Below are positions 1-12,291 of a stretch of 64,000 nucleotides of DNA, in pieces. The position numbers and the translations under genes were made by a program. Under the pieces are notes generated by a model. It was not told the origin of the DNA. It did not search any database and was given only the letters and a program-made list of their open reading frames with translations. Origin of the DNA: Raillietiella orientalis (taxonomy: Eukaryota). Where the stretch lies: positions 7,192,001 to 7,256,000 of the forward strand of contig JAYWIR010000001.1 of assembly GCA_036172245.1 (NCBI GenBank), given 5' to 3'. How positions within the stretch are numbered: the first letter of the stretch is position 1; every line of letters starts with the position of its first letter.

Positions 1-1019
1 TCGCAAAGGAGCATTCCTCTCATTTGGACCAACTGGGCAAAATCTCCCACCTGGCGACAACATGACCGTGAAAGGCCCGCTGACTGAAGGCAAAGACATC
101 AAAAGGAAATCCGACTCCTGGAAAGCCATGAACATCCTCTACTACACCGACAACAACAGGCGGAAAGTGTGCGGGAGCTTCACAGTGAGCTATATCCTCA
201 AGCTGTGGTAGCACCACTGAAGCTCCGGCTGCTGAAGCTGCGCGTGGCAATCGAATCCTGCTCTCTCTTACCAGCGCCGAGAAGTTTTCTTGGTGCGTTT
301 TCTGAGAAATTCCAGGGAAGAGAGGCGGAGGAACGATTCCTCCGTCTTGCCCGGAGACCTGCCCTTCGGTCCACAGGCGATCTCCTCCGGGCGATCTCGG
401 GCGCGCGCGTTCCGAGATTCTCGGATTGGTCGCGCCGTCCCTCGCAGAGCACGGAACGAGGGCAGATGTTTCGCATCCCTGTTCTGCTTCCCAGCAGACG
501 CGTTACTGCTTCCTGGCGTTTCCCATCCCAGCTTCGCGTCAGAGCTGTAGAGAACTTCCCAGACCAGACGCGAGCATCTGAGGGGATCGGATTCCCAGGA
601 ACGGTATGCTCCACTGAGCTGCCTGCCCTCCAGGAGGCACTGCCGAACCCCCATTCGAGGAACAAAAGTTAGCAGCCTGAGCAGTTTGAGTAGCAGAAAA
701 AGTAAGGAATGAATCAGAATGGAAAACCTCAAAAGTTTTTGTGAATAGTTTAATGTTTCAAGTGAGAAAAAGTTTTTTTTTTTTGGCGACACTTTAATGA
801 TAGAAACTCTGAAACGCTGACAGTAATATAAAAAATTATTTGATTGAATTCTTTATGGAATTTATTCGGGGAAGACAAGTTCAATCGAAACTTCAAAGCT
901 AGTACTGAGAGGGTTTGGGGGGGGGGGTCCCACTATTACACGCACTCAATAGATTTCCCATCTTAAAAGCCAAAGAACTGCATCTATGGTCAACTGCTGT
1001 GTTCGAGGTTTATTAGGAA

Positions 1020-2233
1020 TTAGTATGCATATATGCAATGCTTAAATTTCTTGCTGATTTCTTCATTACTCTCATCTTCATGCAAGCAGATCGGAACACA
1101 TAAATTATCTGCTGATGCGTGATCAATTTGATTAGTTACTTGCACTGAATCATTGTAGATATCTATGTCGTTCCAGTAGGAAACACGAGTGCACTTTTGT
1201 TTTCTTTCAAATAAGCGTGTTTTCTTCGATTTTTTCAAGAGCAGAAACTCATTAAGTATCCACGAAACTGTGGTTTGCATCTCTCTCTGCTTACAAAGTT
1301 AGAAGTGATACTGCGGATGGAAATGACGACAGCACTCTCAATTGCTTGCTCACTGAGCACAAATCGATGATTGACCACACGGAGTCGATCATCGTCACGT
1401 CAGTCAAGTTTACGCGAATGGATGGTCCTTCTCTCCCCCTTACTACTGACGTGTGCTTGCAATGATTAATATGCACAAGTAGGAATAGATATAGGAAAAC
1501 ATGGTGTGCGTTTTCCAATAAATAAATAAAAAAAAAAAGAAATATTTTCCCCCAATTGCATGAGATTATTTTGAAGAACGGATTAAAAAAATAAACTCAA
1601 CCCAACTATCGCACTCGAATTTCGTGAGCCCTCTTCGTGTTTCAGTGACCTATTAGCACAATATACTTGTCGGCCTTTCTTTGCTCTTCGAGGATGTTCA
1701 GATGAAAGAACCGTTGCCGCTGCTTCACGTAAGCTGTGCATACACACTGCATCTGCCCATCTACCAAAAGAACCGTGGCAGCTTCAGCAAAACCGTGGCC
1801 GAAAGAACGGCACTGCCAGGCATGGACTGGTGCACACGAGAAGAACACGTAGAATGGGTCATCCAGCAAACGTAAGCTCACTGTGAAACGATGGCATTTG
1901 GTTTTTATTCACCTCTTGGGGAATATTCCAGACATTTTGAAGGTCACACATGTTCGCTTGCTTCCAAAGCATATGACTCAGCGGAGTCAGTCAATGCTTC
2001 TTCTCAAAGTGAATGTTGATAAGTTCCATCCTCTTGGAGTGGAACTCTGTTTCAATAGACATTATTTGATGCCTTATGTCATTTTCAAATTCCTCGAAAA
2101 TTTGTCTGAATCTCGCCTTATCGATCACGTCACCATGGGGGTAGCTTGACGACTCCGGGAGGTTTTGTTCCAGTTTCGACTTTTCAAACGATTCTCCGAT
2201 TTCTTCGTAGAAATCTTGGGGTCCGCTTTCCAT
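1020..2233 (-). pseudogene. Possible eroded coiled-coil gene, tentatively DRC2/CCDC65-like (nexin-dynein regulatory complex subunit)
   Basis: A splice acceptor precedes ATG 2233. Collinear fragments weakly resemble recalled CCDC65 segments: EFHSKRMELINIHFEKKH* (cf. EFETERKTIIDQHEKEIHY), LNILEEQR (cf. NMNLEEKH) and LLKKSKKTRLFERKQKCTRVSY (cf. [22 protein letters not shown], same spacing). Stops and frameshifts interrupt them and similarity is low. Confidence 0.3.
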
Positions 2234-3899
2234 GGTTCTATGTGGAGAAACAGAATAAAACAATTTTAATCCTCAAAAGCCATTATTCAAACAGATGTCC
2301 CAAACTTCTTAGAAAGCATCCAACGGGTTTTCATTTTTTTTTCTAGGGGGCCAACAGAATTTCTCTCCATCTCCATAGCACTCGATCAAATGTTATGGTT
2401 GCTAAATACTCACAACAGAAAATTCCATGGAAAAATTTCGGAGATCTTCGCAAGAATTCCTTTGTCGGAATGAAGGATTTATGCTGTGGGCACACATTCT
2501 AATAATTTTTTCCAAGATTCTGAGTGCTTCGTGTTATTGGATCAGTTTTCTTAGTTCGGTTAGTTTTTTCTTTTTTTGAGTTTGCTTTTTTTCTTGAGTT
2601 TCCGAAGCACATTTACTTAAATCATCTTCACAACTCACAGTAAAATATTTCATGATTAGAGTTTCTCAAAAAAACAGAAAAAAAAAAACGATTCGAAAAA
2701 TACAATCGGAATCCCATTTCCGGTCAACATCTACACATGAAGATGATCAAGTTTGCATAAAATCACACCGCAAGAAAAAATTCTACTGATTTTCTTTGTA
2801 GTTGATTTTAAAAAGGGCAATCCTCGAAGAAGAATTCGACCACAAAGCCCTTTAGTATTTTTGCCTAGTCCCATTTCCTCCACGAGGACAAAATTCCCGT
2901 ATGTGTTCACAAAGGAAATTCCTTCGAATCACAAATCTTTCCCTAACACAATAGGGCGCCCACGGATGTTGTCAATATCTATCGACTCCGGACAGTAGAA
3001 GAAAAGTCTTCCATTAGGAGGGATGAACGAATTCGCAGCTATCAAATTATTGCACTAGCAGAGGCAGTTTGCAAACATTTCATCATCATCATCATTTCAC
3101 GCCGATTGGATCCTGGAGTTTCTCAAGGGCTCGGCGGCTCATTATGTAAGCTCACCTTCTGGAAAATCATTATTCATGACTGAGTCCATTGAGTTTACGG
3201 AATGGTTCTGCTGCCTCCACGTCGTAATAAGACACACGCTTGTATGGCTTCGGCTATCCCCAATGGAATTCCTGTTTTTTCCCATTCTTCACGAATTACT
3301 AAGCTATACATTTCCATCAGGCATAGCTGGATAATTTTCCTTGGAATGCCAAACTTCCTTACACTGTTGTATGTTTCCAATATATATATATATATATATC
3401 TGTGAGCGAAAATGTTCACACTGTTATTCTGGTATGGAAACAAAGCTGACTTGAAAATGACACCTAGAAAATTTATCGTCTATATTCTATTTGTGGAGAG
3501 TTGTGCTTGATTAAGTTCCTTTCGCCATGCAAATAGGGTAGTGTTTCCATTCTGATCGATCTGCTTCCTTTAGAGCATCTGAACAGCTAGGGATTTCTTG
3601 AACACTTATCAGGGATCAGAAAGTGTCGTGCATCTTGGTAGTACTCCATTTGTTCGACAAAGACTTGTTCTTCGTAGTACTTTGTATTACATTCGTTCGA
3701 TGTTTTATCTTGCCTTGCGCCAACCTTGGATTCTACAAATGTTGCTAATCAGTTTTATTGGTATTTCATATTTTTTTTTTTTTAATTTATGGCTATTTAA
3801 AAGTTCCTCCTTTTATATTATTGGATACACAAGTCTTCCCATTAAACTAAACGAATTTTTTTTTAGTCTTTGTCAAAAGAATAAAAGGAACCACAAGGA

Positions 3900-5869
3900 T
3901 CACCAAATGATTTTTTCTTCAGTATGATCTGACGGGAAAGTCACTTGAAACCAACTCATTTTGAGATTGTCGGGAATGTTCGAAAATTCGTGCTCGATGT
4001 TCCAGACGGTGCAACTGAAACCTACTGAACAACGACGGACTGTCACTGGTAATGAGAATGGCAGCTTTGTATAATGATGCAAAGAAAACATTTAAAAGAG
4101 AATCATCGATGGCAATAACAAAACACGGTCACACCCTATCCAAAAATGCCTCAGAATCAATGATATTCTGTAGGATCACCATATGAATGAACCAGGAACA
4201 GAAACCAAGATATATCAACATAAGTGTCCATGAATCTGTTGAAAAATTCCACAACTCACAACTGTTTAGAATATTTTGCCGTTTTCTTGTGGAAAAAGAG
4301 CTTCTCGAACACAATGCATGTGAGTTTAGACTGTTTTTCAGTGACATTGTGATTTGCATTATAGGTAACATAGCAGCCTTGGTTGAATTCGAAAACTCTG
4401 GCCCATTTTATAAGCTGCGTTGGCATTATGCTACTCTTAGCTTTCAAATGTTCTACATAGGAAGATTAGACTGTAACAATTTGATCGCTGGCTTTTCTGC
4501 TGGGGAAGATTACACCGAGAGCGGTAATGATAGTGATAATGGCGAAGATCTATGCAACCACAACGACTCTGGATGTCCGTCTAGTCTACGAGCCATTTTA
4601 AGCAGCGCTAGAAAAAATACTGCAACTTTCCAAAACATCAGCGAGGTAAATCAAATTCGAGAATCCAAGTGAAAATACGATTAGAAGAAAGAAATTTACT
4701 CTTGACCTGCAAAATAAGCTTTTCTAATTAGCACTGGGATAGGGAGGTTGTTTCTTCCTATCACAAAGCGATTTCTGACACAAGGCCAATCTGACTTCAA
4801 GAAGTGATTGCATAAACAAGCCTGGTAGAGTCAGTACACGGTGTATGCAAAGTTCCTTAACAGAGCATGTGTTTCCAAATTCTTAAATATGAAGAAGTCT
4901 TATACCCATTCTTCTTATACATAACCATTCTTATACTCATCACTTTTGAGCATTCCACAAGCACAAACACAAACACAGGTTCCAAACTTTTTAGAGGGTC
5001 TTAGAGAATTGGCAAAATGACCACTAGGAATTACATAGCAAAGAGCCCAAATATGTAGCCAAAATTTTGAAGTTAGTTGATTTCCTGGGTGGATAAAGCC
5101 AATCATGATGATGGACAGTCAGCATGAATCAGAAAACGAAACTTGCAATACTTAGGGAAATAGTATTGGACACTCTCTGAAAGTGATGCAATTTGTGCAG
5201 ACATTGTAAACGTCTCTAGGCAGAAAGCTGATTATTCACGAAAATAAGGTTTGCTACTCCATCCAACTAAAATGAATGAAACATTCGTATACTTGAAAGG
5301 CATATAAGTGAGCTCCACATCTGCAGAAAGATAACGCAGGCTTCCTTCGACACAAAATGTATGAGTAACAAGAAGACAGCATTCGAGTGACCCAAACTTA
5401 GATGCAATCTGCTTCTTAAAAACATTATTCATCAGGATTATTAGGTTTTATATTGTATTCTGGAGAAACTAGCAGCTGATTCATTTGCTGGAGATCTGAA
5501 GGAAAGAAAACAGAACGTTCGATTAAAAGCTGAGCAAAATGCAAGGAAATTGAAGATTCCCAACAAGAACTGTTCAGTGTTCTGAATCAGAAACTCTTGC
5601 GTCAAAAATACTTCAGATTTATCTATCCTGAATGTACTGGTGTGACCCCCCTAGGGGTCACACTAGTTCCCTTAGGGGATTTAAAAAATGCAACGAGGAC
5701 CCTCTAACTGTTTAAAAAGTTTGTTTCCACAATAAGTACTTTTTCTTGAAATCATTAATGTCCCTAAAATTAATTTGACCTTTATCCTTAAATGCAGTGA
5801 GAACAGATGTTTCCATGGACTTGTAATCATGTTTGCTTTAGTGATGTTCAAGCGATCGGTAGCGAGCAT
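3900..5869 (-). pseudogene. Degraded BTB-BACK-Kelch (KLHL-like) pseudogene
   Basis: Minus-strand fragments in different frames fall in the expected domain order: QEFLIQ..LLGIFNF (BTB/BACK junction), HFAQLL..DLQQMNQLLVSPEYNI (BACK), SESVQYYFP, YPPRKST (cf. KPRKST linker) and ILNSCELWNFSTDSWT (kelch strand). There are many stops and frameshifts, and boundaries are approximate. Confidence 0.45.
5622..5666 (+). mobile_element. Helitron-like terminal signature (TC...hairpin-CTAG between A and T)
   Basis: GTGTGACCCC-ccta-GGGGTCACAC is a 10-bp stem running into CTAG|T at 5663-5667, with A|TCTATC at 5621-5627. Single copy in the window. Confidence 0.25.
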
Positions 5870-6446
5870 TTCAGGGATTGTGACACCCCGTGCGGTATAT
5901 GCTGAGGTATGCCGAGGTTATATTACATCGTGTAACATCTTGTAGCATTTAGTACTGAAATCCTTGAAAAATCCTTAACAGTTCTTTTCCTTATTATTAA
6001 ATGAAAGTATGTTTTGCTCACGAAAATAGTTCATTTTTGCGTTCTACGGCGAGTAAGCAGTAATAGCGATTTTGCACCGTCAAAAACAAAAGCGGGGTAT
6101 CCGCCAAGAGAGACGTAGTTTTCGTTTACGCGGAAGCAAATGAATATCCTATGATTTACTGAAATTAAAAAATGAAAAATTGTCGAAACACTAATGGCGC
6201 TGTATGGTACAGCTTTCGAGTATGCATTTCCAGTATGGAGCATCCCGGAAGCACGCATAGCCTTTCAAGGTGCATTTGCAAACTGTTATTCGTAGGTTAA
6301 TACGTGAATTCGGAATTGTATTCTTTAAGCGGTAAATAATGTACAATATATCGTCTTTCAACAGTGAGAAGTACGCATGTTGAATCTATACATAAAGGTC
6401 AAATTTGAACCGCTTTTATTTTAGCAAATATGACTATACATGAGAC

Positions 6447-7378
6447 ATGATAATTAATATAACTGAAAACATCAACGAATGCAAAAAAAATGCCCTAGTT
6501 GATGGTTTTGGTTGGTTTATCCAGGGAACATTGGCTGCATTGGCTTTTGCATGCTTGATATGTAAGTATAACAAAGTTTTGCATTACTTGTCAACAATTC
6601 ATGATCACAGTAAAACGTTATATCTGTGAACCCAAGAATAGAAGGCGTACATGGCATATATGGTTTTATGATACATCCAAACAAGCCGTAGGCTCTGTTG
6701 TGATTCATTTTGCCAATGTACTCATAGCAGAAGCTCTTCCTGGTGATCCATGCAACTGGTAAGCAACCTTGAGATTGCATTGCAAAATAATGTGCCACTC
6801 TACTATGCTGAAAATATTAAAGAAAATTTATACCAAAATGTAACCTCAGGTACATTCTTAATTTTCTGCTGGATTCCACTGTTGGACTGCTAATCATTTT
6901 TGCAGGTATTCGTGCAAGTTTCTGGATAGGATATAACTATGGATGCAAGAGTCTAGTGTTTGGTGAATATGGTGAGACTGAACATCTAGATGACATCTAT
7001 CTAGCTTTATTCAGGTGATCCTCCTATGTCTGGCACTTGGTTGATACAGTGCCTACTATATGTAATCATTATGATCATTGAAAAGTGTATGGTGCTCTTA
7101 TTGCTACATTTGCATGTGCTACAAGAATTGCAGGAAGTGATTTTATCATCTATCATAAATCCTACTTTGAAAATTGAAATTGCTGTTTTGTTTGTTCCCT
7201 TTTTTATTAATGTAAGAAAAGCACATATAATTGCACTTAAATGATTCCTTTGCAGATCCTGATGTTTTGGGTTGTGGATAATCTGTTGATGAGTCATAAC
7301 CATAAGTTTTACAAAACTTATCAAATGCATCAGAAATTACCAAGCTCAGATTCTGAATCAGATTATACTAGAAATTGA
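6447..7378 (+). CDS. STIMATE: Store-operated calcium entry regulator STIMATE (TMEM110); exons 6447-6561, 6611-6758, 6850-6971, 7015-7211, 7256-7378
   Basis: GT-AG splicing gives a continuous frame with family motifs [57 protein letters not shown] and [11 protein letters not shown]. Confidence 0.9.
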
Positions 7379-7408
7379 TAATGAAAATCAGTTTATTATT
7401 GATATAAG

Positions 7409-8271
7409 TCACATGGCATGATGTTCTGTTAAATCACTAGGAGTTAACAGCTTTTCAAGATCATCTAGGCTGAAATCTTGCACAGATGAATGGAGCAACT
7501 AAAACAGCATTTCACAAAAATACAAATATCTTTTTTTATTACCTGTATAAATTGTGGGCCAATAGATTGAAGCTGTTCTGGTGTTAAGTGCTTTCCAAGA
7601 AGGTGTGACAAAGTTTCCTGAAATTGCTGTTTCACATCCTGTTGAAAAGAAACTGTCTCCCGACGTCGAGTCACCAAATGTACTCGAGTACCTTCACCAA
7701 TACCACATTCTTGTATTGCTTGCTCATCTGATTAAAAAATACACCTAGAATTTTCCTAACATAGTGACATATCTTTTTACCCAACAAAGTACGGCCACGG
7801 TATACCAAGCTTTGATTTTCTACAGGTACTTTCAATTGATGTGCTGCTTTCTCTTTCAAAGTACGTATTGTACATTGCTCCGGAACCTAAAAATGTCTGG
7901 ATTTTAGGTTTCGTTTCATTTTGGTTAAAACATCCAACAAATTTATCAGACACATCTGCATGTAACAGCACAAAATCTAAATTCTTGTAAGAGCAAACGT
8001 TGGTGAAAATATTTTTAATTCGCAAGTCATGGCTACACATTTGAAGCTTTAGCTTGATAAGAAAAATCTGATTTCATGTCGAAACTTAATTTAGCACACT
8101 ACAAGTAATATTGAATACGGATGCACGATTTCTCAGCATCAATTTAAGGTTGTTGCTGATTCTCTTAAGTAATGCATTTACTCCTATCATTTTTCAATTA
8201 GCATCTCAAATTTTACCACATACCTCAACAGAAGCTTCTTCACCTTTCAATAACTTGACACTTACTATCAT
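7409..8271 (-). CDS. UBL4A: Ubiquitin-like protein 4A (GET5/BAG6 complex); exons 8271-8224, 7886-7781, 7727-7543, 7498-7409
   Basis: The spliced product MIVSVKLLKGEEASVE-VPEQCTIRTLKEKAAHQLKVPVENQSLVYRGRTLLDEQ...VHLV is a UBL domain without terminal GG, followed by a C-terminal TUGS-like FSLDDLEKL. All introns are GT-AG with consistent phase. Confidence 0.85.
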
Positions 8272-11200
8272 TACTTTTGATGCATTAAATTACTATAAGA
8301 ACGGCAGGCATATAATGCATAATGAAATTTGCAGAGTGAGAAACTTACTATATCTTCTAATCGCTAAAATACAAACTTCAAACATTATGCATGAACAGAT
8401 ATAGTTTTTGTTAGAAGTACGCCACTGGTTTGATATATCGCTTTATTTCAAGAAAGCAAAACAGTTTCACCAGAGAGAATCATTTCAGCGTTTTATCTAT
8501 TTACTGTTTTTGCAGATTCCTGCATGCTTTCTTCAATTTATACATCTTTAATTCAGTCTGCAAAAATGAAAATCAACGGGATAACATTGGAAATGCACAA
8601 ACTGATTACGCATAATGCTTACACATGACATTTTCAAAGCTCTCAAAGAACACTGGAAATGTTGCTACGCAACATGTGAATTACAATAATTACAGAATTA
8701 CAAATTGCAACTCATTAATTATAAATAGTCTATCATTTCTGCAGATGAACAATACACGATACTTGCTATGGGATACTTTTCGATCAACGATTCCTTTTTG
8801 CTTTCTAATTTCACACTGCAAAACTACGGAGATTTTTCATCAAAAAACCGAGCCCATTATTGAAACGTTGAATGAAAGTTCATGTACACTACAAACTCCA
8901 GAATTCAACTACGGGAGCTACTTCGAACTGACATTTATTTTTTTAGAAATGAATAACTGAATATACGCAATTCAAGTGTTTTCTTAAAAACAAAACATTT
9001 ACAACGCCTCACATAATTCCCCACGAACTAATGAAACTTTGCTTTTGCGAAAAGGCAACGATGGATAAAGAGTGGACAGGGCTCATCACTACGAAAACAG
9101 TCACGAATGCAACAAAATAATATCCCCACTTCACTTGAAATCCCAACATAGATGCAGACGAGAAGAGAGTGGAAGATTAAATCATATAAAGTGTCTATCA
9201 ATGAGGAAGTCTTGTTTATCGCATTCCTAAGAAAAATGTTTGAAATCTCTGGCACAATTAAATGGACCAAAATATTCTGATTAATCAAAGAACTAAATAC
9301 AATAAATCCCCTCCCCATTATTCCAATTAGCTAATGTGTTCCAGTTCATTTCATTAATCTATTTATTCAAATTTGACAAATGGAAAGAGAATTCTTATCA
9401 AGTCTTAATCTCCATACATTCTCTTTTCAAAACTTGATAATAGTTTTGGAAAAATCTAAGTAAAGAAGATAGGATTTATAAAATCACACGAACCTTTACT
9501 ATATTCTAATGAAATGTTAGATATCATCACTAAGTGAAATTGGTTTGCGGCATCGGAATTTTTTTTTTTACCCTTTAAGAGTTTGTGCCTCACCTTCACT
9601 TTCCAGAAAATTCTTCGACCTTGGTTAAATTCTTTTTAGGTTTTGCTTTTATTGTTACTTTTGGGCACGTAGGTTAAAATAGTAATAAAAATGCATGGAA
9701 AATTATACTTACTCAACTATAAGTTTTCACAAATAAACACATTTTCATTGTGTAAGATCGAAGTTGTTTACTAGTTCCTTAGGTCATCATAATACTCTAA
9801 TCGATATAATGAGAAGATGAGGTTCTAAAGCGTTTCTGTAAATAAATCTAAACAGACTAATAGTAAATGCAAATGAAACTAGTGAAGATTCAAAATGTGG
9901 GATGATGAAGTGTGACGAAGCACAAACGAAACAGACACACTATCCCTAAATATTATCTTTGTCCAATTGGACTTGCAAAATTGTAATGTCTTAGAATATG
10001 AAACTCTACTCAATTAGAAACAATATTATGAACAGCACTACACAAGACAACGAAAAGGAAAGCAAAAAAATCAAACCAGGTTTACAAAAAACAGAATAGA
10101 AATCTTAAAATATTGCATACATTTTTCTCTCTTAACTGCTTTATCCGTTACTGCGTTTATTTCAATAATGCTGAGTTTGCTGTCCTCTTATATTCTGTTA
10201 TGAAGACCATGCTTCACTCTAGCAGCTTTTTGTACTGAGGGCACCGATTTTATACAGTATTTTACACACAACCCAGCAATATACAATATACCGTGTAAAA
10301 TTTCGGTGGGCTTCATTCTCCTCATGAATGCCTAATTTTAAATGGATGTTGTTTTTTGATATGAATTTATAAATCAAAGAATTTCGGAGAATAAAAAAAA
10401 ACTAAATGAAAACAATTCATGTAGAATTGATTTTATAACAGCAGACTATATCTTTTGAATCAATGCATATAAGTTTTCATCTTTGAATTAAATGGGCTGA
10501 AATTCCTTTTGAAAACAAAATTCATGCTCCCTTTTATATATAACCACATTTTTTCGGCCGATTCAATTTAAGGACTCGAAAAGAAAGTCAAATATCGATC
10601 TTGTATTCAAGCACTACCTTCTATGCTTACCATCTCAAATTTTACTGCAAGCTATAGACTTCATGAAAGACACAATGCTGCAATGTGGTGTTAAAGACCA
10701 CTGTCAGGACGCTGTTTTTTATAAACCAAAAAATTTCATATATAGAGGTTGCATAATACATACAAATCACGAAACGAATTTAGAAACAAAACTGCAACTT
10801 ATAAGCCCCGAATGCCACATGGTTATGTCCGTGCCAACACATATTGGCTCCATGTGAACACAACAGAAAAAATAAATAACTACGAATATTAATTGTAATA
10901 GTAATTCTTTTTGTACCAATGAGAGATTTGCTTCTCAAGGAGAATTCTCAAGTACCTTTCTTAAGAAAACACACAACGATGGTTTTTTCTAAAAAAAAAA
11001 TAAAGGGTTTTGAATCTACAAAATCAATTCAATAACTAATCTGAAATTTCTTTTGAAAATATAATGGATTTTGTTTGTTTTTTAGATTTTTAAAAGTGTA
11101 TTGAAACCATTCATGATTTCGAAATATTTTTAATGCTGGTTCGATGTTTTGAGTTTGTTGTTCTTTGTTTTGGGAGAGAGGAAATCAATTTTTGTTTTGT

Positions 11201-12291
11201 TTGCTTGCTTTCCGTGCTTTTGTTACTTTCAACCTACAGACTTCGTTACAAAGCTGCTATCAAAGTTATCTTGCATAACTGTTACGATCTAGTTTCTGCT
11301 TCCCCTCATTTTTGGAAAAGGAGTTTTGAAATATTGTTTTTTTTTGATGCTTAGTGTCATTACCATGAAATTTAGAGGCATCAGTGGAGAAAAGATAACA
11401 CTTAGATATCAGCAACATGCACTTCATGGTTACCTTTACAAGCCGATGAAGGTGTGTCTTTTCCAACCCAAAAAACAAAAGAGCATTTTCCTTCCAGATA
11501 ACTAGGGAAAAGTGAAAGGCACTTGTTTAATGGACATGTACAGGAACATTCCGAAGAGTTGATTTAAGGAAGATTCTCATGACAACTTTTTCAAATTTAG
11601 TAGAATGGTTTGAGCGAAAGATAAGCAACCACTTTGAAGGACAGGAGTAGAAAGAAATATACTAATAGCGATTGCCTGTTTACTTGTGCAATTTTTCAAA
11701 TATAGCTGTATCGAGAATTTCGCTTCCATTTGATTAAGTTTTCCATACATTTCGTATTCTCTATCGGAGATTCGATGCTAACAAATGCATTTCTATTTAT
11801 GAAATGATTATAATTTGATTAAGTGCAAGTTGACGTCATATGCAAATTGCAATGCGGTTTCCCCTATGGGAACCGTGGTGTACGCACTGCCCATGCAGTG
11901 TTTCTATGGTTGGCCTGAACAATTTTGGAAAAAATTAAAAAGTGCTGTCGTATGTCATTAATGGATTGCCCCTAAGTCTATAATGTGACGTTTCAGTTGC
12001 AGTATGTACTTGTTAAATAATGATCTAAAAAACTTTTTTGGGTAATTAAAAGCGAGAGTGTTGTGTCTTAAAAGTCCAAGGATGTGCAACGTGGATACAT
12101 CTATTGATCAAACATTCCAGGGCCTATGTTTGAAGACCGTTAGAACATTTGTCTTCGAACAGAGTGTGTACATATGAAGAACACGACAGACAGAATCGGA
12201 TACATTCTTCATTTTCACATTAATAAGCACAAGATTCTTACAATAATGAAGGTTGTAGTTTGATTTCAAGGAATTTGTGCTTTAAGTTGGG

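Noticed and set aside
4187-4672. 161-aa plus-strand ORF
   Set aside because: No recognisable motif, and the family-like fragments in this region are on the minus strand.
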